From contig NZ_CP042911.1 of NCBI RefSeq assembly GCF_008065095.1, positions 8,280,001 through 8,312,000 on the forward strand: a DNA stretch of 32,000 bases, written 5' to 3'. The notes under the pieces are model-generated. The model was not told the DNA's origin, did no database searches, and saw only the letters and a list, made by a program, of their open reading frames with translations. Every line of letters begins with the position of its first letter. The first letter of the stretch is position 1. The translations under genes and the position numbers were made by a program. Of the stretch, positions 7,462 through 15,416 are shown one piece after another. This DNA is from Gemmata obscuriglobus. Lineage in GTDB: Bacteria > Planctomycetota > Planctomycetia > Gemmatales > Gemmataceae.

Positions 7462-7680
7462 ATGTCAACCAGCAAGACGCCGGCTAACGAACCGATCAAA
7501 GCGGCGGCCGATGACACGATCGCCGACACGGCACCGATCGTAATCGAGGCGACGCCCAAGAGCGCGCTGCCGAACGGGAAGCCGCCCGAACGGGCTCGCA
7601 AGCCCAAGCCGTTCGGCAGTAAACCCAACAACGGGGCCATCACGCCGCTAACACCGAAGACCGGTGACAAGAAGGAGTGA
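7462..7680 (+). CDS. Possible small hydrophilic, Pro/Lys-rich protein (72 aa)
   Basis: The plus frame has strongly GC-rich third positions, which favours it over the overlapping minus-strand ORF 7413-7919. No recognisable domain. Confidence 0.35.
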   Translation: MSTSKTPANEPIKAAADDTIADTAPIVIEATPKSALPNGKPPERARKPKPFGSKPNNGAITPLTPKTGDKKE

Positions 7681-7762
7681 TCGGGTTTCGAGCCGGTAAC
7701 ACATGACGTGGGCAGGGCCTCCGATCGACGTCCACCGGAAGCCCTGCCCATTACAGGCCATT

Positions 7763-7900
7763 TCAACGCGAGAGTAGCAGCGTAAGAATGGCGATTTGGG
7801 TGTTCCTGGGGAGTGTCGGCCACTGCTCGACGACTCGGGCTAATTCGGCGTCTGCCCGGATGTGTGTAAGCAGCGGTGTAAGTCGCCCACTGCCGTCGCC
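7763..7900 (-). pseudogene. Possible C-terminal remnant of a mobile-element-associated protein
   Basis: The minus-strand frame ends ..GRLTPLLTHIRADAELARVVEQWPTLPRNTQIAILTLLLSR*. The ..ELAxVVxxWPxLPxxxxxAILxLL tail is a motif I recall from small proteins on integrated elements. The upstream part of the ORF-track ORF (7763-8086) runs through the tRNA remnant and repeat, so it cannot be coding. Confidence 0.25.
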
Positions 7901-7946
7901 ACAAATGCTCTCGGGACATGGGTTTTGTGGCGTGGCAACGTCTCTG

Positions 7947-7991
7947 TCGTAAAGCGGGGGGGGGGCGTGAGTTCGAATCTCACAGGTGGCT
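7947..7991 (+). pseudogene. tRNA-Thr 3'-half remnant (anticodon loop to 3' end), att-like
   Basis: TCGTAAAGCGG-G10-C-GTGAG-TTCGAAT-CTCAC-AGGTGGC-T. It has the same anticodon-loop and acceptor 3' strand as the tRNA at 4010-4081. The T stem is different but still self-complementary. The variable region is replaced by a G10 run (7956-7965). No matching acceptor 5' strand or D arm lies upstream. Confidence 0.7.
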
Positions 7992-8228
7992 CTTCGGCTC
8001 GACGGGCGTAACGCCCTGCCAATCACTGCGAATTGCTTATTTTTCAGCCTCGCCACCGTTTCCAGCGGTCGCGGGGCTGGTTCCATGTCCCGGCCCTGTC
8101 ACCCGCTCAGAACTACCCTCGCCCGCCGGCTTCTGTGCAGGCGTTGTGCAAGTCGAATCACCCTCCACACTCGATTTCGGAACCGCCACCGGCAGACGAG
8201 TCGCGGCCTTATCGGGTTCCGACTGGTT
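7947..8228 (+). repeat. Direct repeat copy 2 of the tRNA-3'-half + downstream module
   Basis: See 4041-4318. The conserved 35-nt hairpin is at 8045-8079. Confidence 0.85.
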
Positions 8229-8514
8229 GGCTTCGCAAGTCAACCGATTCTCGGAGAGTGCGAGTGGGACGAGGCCGACAACCAGTTCGTCAAACCCGGC
8301 GCAGCGCGTTCGTCGTGACTGTGAGCGCATCCGCCGCGGTCCGGCGGCTCCAGATTCCCGACTTCCTTGAGCGCTACGCCGTCTGAGCGAGCACACCGCC
8401 AGCATCTTCGCTCAACCCGGGCAAAAAGGATCGATTCATCCTCTTTAATCTGCTATACTGCCCCTACACGGCCGAACCGCCCGCCGGTACGCTCTTCCGC
8501 TCCGAGGTTTGGGC

Positions 8515-9813
8515 ATGCTCCGACTCACTCTCGCGCTCGTGACCGCGTGCGCCGCCGCGGCACCGGTCGCGGCCCAGATCGATGCCATCGAGCGCCCGCC
8601 CATCAGCTACAAGACCGCCCAGGCCGAGAACGTCCTCACCGCGCTCCAGAAGCGCATCAACGCGGGACAGGCCAAACTCAAATTCGCCGACGATCACGGC
8701 TACCTGCCCTCGCTGCTCAAGGAGCTGAACGTCAGCCCGGCGTCGCAGGTGCTCGTGTTCTCCAAAACCAGCTTCCAGCGCGAACGGATCACGCCCAAGA
8801 CGCCGCGGGCGCTGTACTTCAACGACGACGTGTACGTCGGGTTCTGCCTCCGCGGGGACGTGCTCGAGTTCTCCGCGGTGGACACGAAGCTCGGCACCGC
8901 GTTCTACACACTCGACCAGGAGCCGGCGGCCGACGGCAAGCCGGAGTTCCTGCGCCAGCGCGACAACTGCCTTTCGTGCCACGCCTCGAACGCGACCGGC
9001 GGCGCGCCGGGGCATTTGGTGCGGTCGGTGTTCACGGAGCGCAACGGGATGCCGGTGCTGAGCGCGGGGACGTTCCGCACCGATCACTCCAGCCCCTTCT
9101 CGGAGCGCTGGGGCGGGTGGTACGTCACCGGCACCCACGGCAAGCAGACCCACATGGGCAACTGGACCGTGGAGAACAAGAAGAACCCGACCGAAGAGGG
9201 GAACGCGGGCGGGCAGAACGTGACCGAGCTGAAGGGCCGGTTCACGGTGGCAAACTACCTCACGCCGCACAGCGACATCGTCGCGCTGCTGGTGTTCGAG
9301 CACCAGGCGGAGGCGCACAACCGCATCGCCCGGGCGCTGGTCGGCACGCGGCAGGCGCACCACTACGAGGAGACGCTCAACAAGGACCTGGGCGAGCCGA
9401 CGGGGCACCGGTGGGACAGCGCGAAGCGGCGCATCGAGTCGCTGGGCGACCAGTTGGCGAAGTACCTGCTGTTCAGCGGGGAGGCGAAGCTGGAGGGGCC
9501 GGTGGCGGGCACGTCGGACTTCGCGAAGGAGTTCGCCGCCCGCGGGCCGTTCGACAAGCGGGGGCGCACGCTCCGCGCGTTCGACCTCAACGCGCGGCTG
9601 TTCAAGTACCCGTGCAGCTACCTGGTGTACTCGCAGGGGTTCCAGGCGCTGCCGAAGGAGGTGAAAGACCACACCCTGAAGCGGATGTACGAGGCGCTCA
9701 CCGGCGCGGACACGTCCGCGGCGTTCGCGCACCTGTCGGCCGACGACCGCAAGGCGGTGCTGGAGATCCTGCGCGACACGCTCCCGGACCTGCCGAACTA
9801 CTGGAAGAAGTGA
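8515..9813 (+). CDS. Secreted protein with a single CXXCH (c-type haem-binding) motif, function unknown
   Basis: GAGG lies 7 nt before the ATG at 8515 (the ORF-track start at 8509 is a TTG). Signal peptide MLRLTLALVTACAAAAPVAAQ. The only CXXCH is ..RQRDNCLSCHASN.. GC3 is high throughout. Confidence 0.8.
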   Translation: MLRLTLALVTACAAAAPVAAQIDAIERPPISYKTAQAENVLTALQKRINAGQAKLKFADDHGYLPSLLKELNVSPASQVLVFSKTSFQRERITPKTPRALYFNDDVYVGFCLRGDVLEFSAVDTKLGTAFYTLDQEPAADGKPEFLRQRDNCLSCHASNATGGAPGHLVRSVFTERNGMPVLSAGTFRTDHSSPFSERWGGWYVTGTHGKQTHMGNWTVENKKNPTEEGNAGGQNVTELKGRFTVANYLTPHSDIVALLVFEHQAEAHNRIARALVGTRQAHHYEETLNKDLGEPTGHRWDSAKRRIESLGDQLAKYLLFSGEAKLEGPVAGTSDFAKEFAARGPFDKRGRTLRAFDLNARLFKYPCSYLVYSQGFQALPKEVKDHTLKRMYEALTGADTSAAFAHLSADDRKAVLEILRDTLPDLPNYWKK

Positions 9814-10049
9814 GCGCCCCGCGCGCCGGAAGTTTCGCACGAGTCCCGAACGCAACCATTCGCCCCCGCGGCGCCCGCGCCGCGGCCGCCGAAGCACCCC
9901 ACCCGTCCCACTTCACTTCCCACAGCCCGCCTGAAATGACCGGGCGCGGGGCTCTCGCGCCCGTCCCGCGCGACCGGGCGGAGAAATTATTGTGTCCGCT
10001 ACGGCCCGCGACCGGACATATGCTACTGCCCACCACCGAGGTTCGAGGC

Positions 10050-11753
10050 ATGGCCCTGCCCCTGTTATCACTGATGCGGCACGCCTCGCGCGCCGCGGCC
10101 GACGGGGTTCTGCTGGAGCAGTTCGCCGCCCACCGCGACCAGGACGCGTTCGCCGAACTGGTGCGCCGCTACGGCCCGGAGGTGTACCGCACCTGCCGGC
10201 AACTGGTTGGCACGGCCGACGCCGATGACGCGTTCCAGGCCACCTTCCTGGTGCTCGCGGCCCGCCCGCGCGCGGCCGCGGCGACCGGGTCCGTCGCCGG
10301 GTGGCTCATCGGCGTCGCCCGGCGCGTGTCCTGCCAGGTGCGGCGGTCGGTCCGCCGCAGGAGCCGCCACGAAGCGGCGGCCGCCGGTCGGCGGCCGCCG
10401 GCCGCACCCGCGGCCGAGCCGACGGACCGTGACGGCGTGCTCGCCGAGGAGATCGCGCGCCTCCCGGACGCGCTCCGCGCGGCGCTCGTCGAATGCCTTC
10501 TCCGGGAGCGCCCGCAGGACCAGGTCGCGGCGGACCTCGGCTGCACGCCCCGAACGCTGAGGCGGCGGTTGGAGCGTGCCCGGGACCTGCTCCGGGGCCG
10601 GTTGGTGCGGCGGGGCGTCGCGCCGGCGGTAGCGATCGCGATGGCCGGCGGGGGCGGCCGGGCCGCGCCGCTGCCGGCGGGATTGGCGGAACGAACGGTG
10701 GCCGTGGCGCTCGATTTTTTGGCCGGCACGGAAGCCCGTCCGGCCGCACTCGCGAAAGGAGCGGTGAAAGCCATGATGGCACAAACGGTGTACCGGTGGG
10801 TGGCGGCCGCGGCGGTCGCATTCGTCGCGGTCGGTATCGGGCTCGGTGGGGCGAGCGCCCCGCCCGCCCGCCCGGAGCAAAGCGACGCGCCGAAGCCCAA
10901 GGCCCATTTGCAACCGTTTTTTGAACCGGGCGCCGGGTCGGTCAGCGGACCGACCCCCGGCGCCATTCGGGCGGTGGCGGCCGAAGCCGAGTTCCTTCGT
11001 TCGGAACTCACCGCCCTCTGGTTCGGGCCGGACAAGCGGCCGGGGCGGGAGTGGAAGGTGGCGGCGCTCGGGGCGCGAGAAGGTAACCCGGTGATGCCCC
11101 CGAACGCGGACGACATTCGGGTGATGTACTGGACCGGCGGCGCGGAAGGGTCGGCGACCCAGTTGGAGTTCGGCGGCGGCAAGATGACCCGCGCCTGGGT
11201 GGACCTGTCGGGCGCGCTCGAACCCGTAATCGACGATCAGTTGCCGCAAGAGATGACGAGGGTGGTGTTCGCCGAGCAACTCGGGGCGGCGCTTCCGTGG
11301 TGGGCGAACGAGGGGCTCCCCCTTTTGGCGACCTCACCCCGGCGGCAGGCCCGAGCGGACGCCCGGTGCCGCGAGGGCCTGAACCAGGGGCGCGGGATCC
11401 GCCTCCGGGCGCTGTTCGCCCTGGCCGAGGCGCCCCGGGACGCCGAGGTCGCGACGGCTCAGGCCCACTCCGTCGGTCGCTTTTTATTGGTGCGACCCGA
11501 CGCCGGGGGCGAGTACCGGGGTCGCGCGGCAATCGGAGACCTTTTGCGGCTTGGTGCCAAAGACGGCTGGGATAAGGCGGTCAAGGAGGTGTACGGCTTA
11601 CGGGACGTTCCGGCCCTGGAAGCGGCCTGGATCGAGTGGATGAAGTCGCGCAAGTCGGACCTCCGCCCGGCGGCCCCGCCCGGCGGTCGGTTCGAGTCGC
11701 TACCACCCGCGCCGCCGACGATTCCGCCGGTCAAGACGAACGGCGGCCAATAG
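10050..11753 (+). CDS. ECF (group 4) sigma-70 factor fused to a transmembrane helix and a ~300-aa C-terminal extension
   Basis: Region 2 is DAFAELVRRYGPEVYRTCRQLVGTADADDAFQATFLVLA. Region 4 is LPDALRAALVECLLRERPQDQVAADLGCTPRTLRRRLERARDLLRGRL. TM helix VYRWVAAAAVAFVAVGIGLGGA. This is the real C-terminal part of ORF-track ORF 8367-11753. The start could be 10020, 10050 or 10074. Confidence 0.8.
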   Translation: MALPLLSLMRHASRAAADGVLLEQFAAHRDQDAFAELVRRYGPEVYRTCRQLVGTADADDAFQATFLVLAARPRAAAATGSVAGWLIGVARRVSCQVRRSVRRRSRHEAAAAGRRPPAAPAAEPTDRDGVLAEEIARLPDALRAALVECLLRERPQDQVAADLGCTPRTLRRRLERARDLLRGRLVRRGVAPAVAIAMAGGGGRAAPLPAGLAERTVAVALDFLAGTEARPAALAKGAVKAMMAQTVYRWVAAAAVAFVAVGIGLGGASAPPARPEQSDAPKPKAHLQPFFEPGAGSVSGPTPGAIRAVAAEAEFLRSELTALWFGPDKRPGREWKVAALGAREGNPVMPPNADDIRVMYWTGGAEGSATQLEFGGGKMTRAWVDLSGALEPVIDDQLPQEMTRVVFAEQLGAALPWWANEGLPLLATSPRRQARADARCREGLNQGRGIRLRALFALAEAPRDAEVATAQAHSVGRFLLVRPDAGGEYRGRAAIGDLLRLGAKDGWDKAVKEVYGLRDVPALEAAWIEWMKSRKSDLRPAAPPGGRFESLPPAPPTIPPVKTNGGQ

Positions 11754-11893
11754 GCCACCGGGGCGCGGTAGCGAGTGCCCCCGTAACAACCGAGTTACTC
11801 GCCGACGAACGGCAGTGCGGGCACCCCAGGAGCTTTCCGTCACTCACGACCGTTCGGTTTTTGACTCTGGATTCGTTGTGCCCATGTAACCAT

Positions 11894-11929
11894 CCGAGGT
11901 CGCCTGCGGTGGCAGGCGGGCGACCTCGG
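11894..11929. terminator. GC-rich hairpin between the two convergent ECF genes (possible bidirectional terminator)
   Basis: CCGAGGTCGCC-tgcggtggcaggc-GGCGACCTCGG, an 11-bp perfect stem with a further CTGC/GCAG pairing inside. There is no U-tract on either side. Confidence 0.3.
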
Positions 11930-11947
11930 GCGACCGCTCACCGGCCG

Positions 11948-13300
11948 TCACGGCCGGGCGGCACCACTCTCCCGATCGGACAGGTTCCGCTCGAGTGCCC
12001 GCACCCGCTCTCGGAGTTCGTCCACTTCCTTCTGCAACCGCTTGTTCGTGTCACCCTCCGAATCGCCGGGCTCCCGCACGCGAGACGGAACCGTCTGATC
12101 GGCCCGGCCTTCGGGTCGTGCGCACAGCCGCCGGAGAACCACTTGCTCGAGATCCACGTCCCGGCGCTCGGGCTTGCCTGTAGCCGCCTCGTGAAGCACC
12201 CGGACGTTGACCGAGTACCCGCCCTCCTCCGCCGCACGGAGTTCGACAACTACTTTTCGCTTGTCAGGTATCCGCCGCACCGCCTCGATCTTGCCGGTAT
12301 ACGCGTCGGCGTAAATCTGCTCAAAGTGCTCGCCAACTGCCTCCAAAGCCTTACAGAAGATCACCTTGTAACGGGCAGCAGACATCTCGCTGCGGGCGAC
12401 CCGAATGTAACCTTCGGTCGAACCACTCACCGGATGCTCGGTCTGTGGCGCGGTGGCGGTGGTTTCGGAACGGGGCGGTTGGGCGGCGGCCGTGGGGCGA
12501 GTCAGGAGCACCGCGCCCGACGCCATCACGCCGCACCCCACGAACAGTGCCGTTGCCGCGACCCTAATTTTGTTGAGGAACATCGCTCGGATCACCCCTT
12601 CCGTGAGAGTTGCAACCCCAACCGGGACGAATCCCGATTGGTTCGCGGCTTCGGTCGCCGTCCGGACAACCGAAGCCGGAACAGTCGCCGACACGATTCG
12701 TTCGGAAATCAGCGCAGCCAGCGCCGGCGTGCCGACCCCGCGCCGGGCCAGACGCCTGCCCAACAACGCGCGTGCTCGCGCCAGCCACCCCGCGACCGTT
12801 CCTTCCGGCACCCCGAGCCGGCGCGCCACGGCCGCTCGGGTCATCTGTTCGAGGTCGCACAGGACGATAACGGAGCGGTACCGGTCGGGCAGGAGCCCCA
12901 CCTCCTCGTCGAGGATCGGGAGCACGTCGCGCCACACGCCGCTTTCGACCACGGCCGGATCGGGAACGTTCTCGACCGGCCGCTCGCGCCGGCGGGCCGC
13001 CGCCGCTTTCTGAGCCGACCGGACGGCCACGCCGTGCAGCCAGTTCCCGACCCGCTCGGCCGGCCGGACCGACGCGGACTTGCGAACTAGGACCAGGAAG
13101 GTGGCCTGGAAGGCGTCTTCAGCGTCCTGGCGGTTCGGGAGCATCCGGCGACACACGCCCCAGACCATCGGACCGTGGCGGCGGACCAACTCGGCGAACG
13201 CGGCACCGTCCCGGTGGTCGGAGTACGCCTCCAGAAGCTGACCGTCCGTTCGTGCCGCCTCAACGGCCACCCGCCGAATCGCATGAAAAGCTGAGTGCAT
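11948..13300 (-). CDS. ECF (group 4) sigma-70 factor fused to a transmembrane helix and a ~175-aa C-terminal extension
   Basis: Region 2 is AAFAELVRRHGPMVWGVCRRMLPNRQDAEDAFQATFLVLV. Region 4 is LPDRYRSVIVLCDLEQMTRAAVARRLGVPEGTVAGWLARARALLGRRL. TM helix IRVAATALFVGCGVMASGAVLL. The tail is coiled-coil-like (KRLQKEVDELRERVRALERNL). Confidence 0.85.
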   Translation of the reverse strand: MHSAFHAIRRVAVEAARTDGQLLEAYSDHRDGAAFAELVRRHGPMVWGVCRRMLPNRQDAEDAFQATFLVLVRKSASVRPAERVGNWLHGVAVRSAQKAAAARRRERPVENVPDPAVVESGVWRDVLPILDEEVGLLPDRYRSVIVLCDLEQMTRAAVARRLGVPEGTVAGWLARARALLGRRLARRGVGTPALAALISERIVSATVPASVVRTATEAANQSGFVPVGVATLTEGVIRAMFLNKIRVAATALFVGCGVMASGAVLLTRPTAAAQPPRSETTATAPQTEHPVSGSTEGYIRVARSEMSAARYKVIFCKALEAVGEHFEQIYADAYTGKIEAVRRIPDKRKVVVELRAAEEGGYSVNVRVLHEAATGKPERRDVDLEQVVLRRLCARPEGRADQTVPSRVREPGDSEGDTNKRLQKEVDELRERVRALERNLSDRESGAARP

Positions 13301-13760
13301 TGGCCTCCCTACGTTGGTACCTCACCCAACTATTCCCTTGTCGCGGCCGAATTGATACGCTTTTTCCGGCCCATCCGACCATCTGTCGCCAAGTCCGGTC
13401 GTTTCACGTTCGCGACGCGGTTCTGGCCTTGACCACCTTGTCGCGCGGTCACGCCCCCTCGCGGCGGCGCGCTGGGTTCGAATGGGAGCGAGCCGAGCGC
13501 CAGCGGCCGCAACGCCTTAAAATCGTTAAAGTCGGAGGGCGCATTACACGTAATCGCCCCACGGCCGCCGGGGCCTTACTTCGCAACTCATTATCGCACA
13601 GTGATTTTCACCACCCTGTTCAGAAAATGAACACACCCTGTCCAAAAACTGAACTGACAACAGGACGATATTAACGGATAGTTTTCACTAGACTCATATT
13701 CTAGCCCGCCGTACACTCATCCCCTGCTTCCGGTCAAATACCCCCTACTCGAGCTGCCGC

Positions 13761-13943
13761 ATGCCTGCCAACTCGCGCACTCGTGCCCTCATCGACTACC
13801 TCAAGTGCACCCTGCTGCACTGGCCGTGGTGGCGACGCCACGGCGATGTCGTCAACGATTTTTACTTTGTCTACACACGCGACATGGAGTGCTGCCGGTG
13901 CGGAGCACGCTGGGAGAGCCGTCGGCCCGTCGGTACGCCGTAA
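13761..13943 (+). CDS. Possible small Cys/Trp-rich protein (60 aa)
   Basis: MPANSRTRALIDYLKCTLLHWPWWRRHGDVVNDFYFVYTRDMECCRCGARWESRRPVGTP. GC-rich third positions favour this frame. No homology recognised. Confidence 0.3.
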   Translation: MPANSRTRALIDYLKCTLLHWPWWRRHGDVVNDFYFVYTRDMECCRCGARWESRRPVGTP

Positions 13944-14171
13944 ATCAGACTGGCGACAATCAGGCAATTTGCATATATTCAGCTACATCAGTGGCGGATG
14001 AGTTCAGCGCAAAAGATCTCTAATCCCCCAATTGAGTTCGACGTCCAGACGGCCCTTATCAGCGCCTCGCCCGGTCGTAAGCCGGGGCCGCCAAGTCACG
14101 CACAACCGCCGGTCCGTTGGTAGTAGCCAACGGGCTCTCCCTCTGCAAGTGATACGGTGCTCACGCGCGGG

Positions 14172-14477
14172 CTAATCGCCCGGTGAGAATTGGTCGGCGA
14201 ATGCCCAGAGGAGCATGAGCCCGCCCACGACGGCGGGCACGTATAGCGCTGCCAACCCTGCACGCACGGCTACCGATTCCGGCAGCCGCGCGACGCACGT
14301 GAGCCCGATGGCAATACCGAACGCCACCGCGAGCACCAACCCCACCCCCCACCCATCCGACAGCGACATCCACGACGCGGCGGCGAGGTAAGCGGTAACC
14401 GATACAGGTGGGCCACCGCACGCGCCGAGGAGCAACGCGAGCAACCTGCCGCGGTGGGGGCGATTATCCCAATTCAC
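14172..14477 (-). CDS. Possible small membrane protein (~101 aa, GTG start)
   Basis: Only the C-terminal third of ORF-track ORF 14172-14999 looks protein-like: LLALLLGACGG..., GVGLVLAVAFGIAIGLTCVA and LAALYVPAVVGGLMLLWAF. The upstream part is Arg-rich shadow sequence. Confidence 0.4.
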   Translation of the reverse strand: MNWDNRPHRGRLLALLLGACGGPPVSVTAYLAAASWMSLSDGWGVGLVLAVAFGIAIGLTCVARLPESVAVRAGLAALYVPAVVGGLMLLWAFADQFSPGD

Positions 14478-14842
14478 GCCAGAAGCCTCCGGTGACACGA
14501 CCTTGCGTTGAACGTATGAGAGGGAACGGCATCGAGCATTCGGCCGGCACAGGGCACTGTGCTTGTATCCGTTGTCGAGTTGGTCTGCAAGCAGTTGTGT
14601 CGGCTCTGATCCGTTGGGTTGCAACGGCGCTGGTGCTTCGCTGAGGTGTAACCGGCTCGCATGCAACCGGTTGCGCGCCCGTCCGGCGTAGCGCATTCGC
14701 GACCGCGTGGCGGCGCGCCGCAAGACCGGAGGACGACCGCCGGGTACGCACCCGAGAAGCCGATCGCGGCCCGGTCTGCCTTCCCGCCCGCGCCGGTGGT
14801 TGCTACTATTGGCGTGATTCGGTCCCCGTCGGAGGGCAGCAA

Positions 14843-15409
14843 ATGAGCGCCGGTCCCGGTTCCCGCTGTGCCGCTGTGCTGTTCGGCACGATCCTGCTCG
14901 GAACCGCAGGCGGGTGCGGGAGCGAGCCGCCCCCTCCGCCACCGGTCCCCACCACACCCCCGGCCCCGCCGAAGCCCAGATCCGCAGGCCCAGACGCATA
15001 CCTGGAAGAATTCGGGCAGGAGCACCTCCCGCAAGTCGAGGCGGCGCTGGACGAACTCAAGCGCGAAATCGATAAACGGTCCGCGGGGCTGGCCGAACTG
15101 GAGAAAGAGCTGCGACGGCTCCACCGCGGCGAGGGGAAAACCGAGTGGGCGAACGGCAAGCACGTGTCGACGTTCGTAACGAAGGACGAGACGCACGCGC
15201 GGTGGAAGGCGACGATCGAAAAGTTGGCCAAGAACGTGGACGCGCTCAAGGAGCAGCGCAAAGAGGCGTACCTGGCGTACCGCAAGTTCCAGATCGCGCA
15301 GGGGACGGGCGAGGGCTTGCACAAGAAGCGGTTCGACGAGGCCAACGCCGCCGCCGCGGCGTCGCAGAAGGTGTACCAGGAGGCGCTGCGCGACTTCGAG
15401 GGGCGGTAG
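14843..15409 (+). CDS. Lipoprotein, Pro-rich linker + coiled-coil, unknown function
   Basis: GGAGGG lies 8 nt upstream. Signal peptide with a lipobox-like LLGTAGGC|GS, then PPPPPPVPTTPPAPPKP, then heptad-like sequence. Confidence 0.7.
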   Translation: MSAGPGSRCAAVLFGTILLGTAGGCGSEPPPPPPVPTTPPAPPKPRSAGPDAYLEEFGQEHLPQVEAALDELKREIDKRSAGLAELEKELRRLHRGEGKTEWANGKHVSTFVTKDETHARWKATIEKLAKNVDALKEQRKEAYLAYRKFQIAQGTGEGLHKKRFDEANAAAAASQKVYQEALRDFEGR

Positions 15410-15416
15410 CGCCCGG

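Noticed and set aside
7896-7991. A second complete tRNA gene
   Set aside because: Only the anticodon loop-to-3' end portion is tRNA-like. The best upstream acceptor partner (GCCACAA) pairs at 5 of 7 positions and would give a ~90-nt molecule without a proper D arm. A G10 run replaces the variable region.
8464-11279. Long minus-strand ORFs 8464-9897, 10068-11279 and 10169-11182
   Set aside because: They are antisense shadows of the CXXCH and ECF genes. They have Arg/Pro/Gly-rich low-complexity translations and no motifs, which is typical of high-GC DNA.
8367-11753. 1128-aa ORF in the track spanning the CXXCH gene region and the first ECF gene
   Set aside because: Only the last ~567 codons (from about 10050) look like a real protein, the ECF sigma. 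The upstream part is Arg/Ala/Pro-rich shadow sequence that overlaps the well-supported CDS 8515-9813 in another frame.
13301-13345. ECF-type promoter (GGAAT-N17-CGTA on the minus strand) directly upstream of the second ECF gene
   Set aside because: The candidate -10 lies only ~10 nt from the start codon and overlaps the GGGAGG ribosome-binding site, so it is unlikely to be the functional promoter.
14478-14999. Upstream two-thirds of ORF 14172-14999 and ORFs 14474-15616 / 14806-15708
   Set aside because: Their translations are Arg-rich and low-complexity, and they overlap the well-formed lipoprotein gene antisense. Only the membrane-like tail 14172-14477 was kept.
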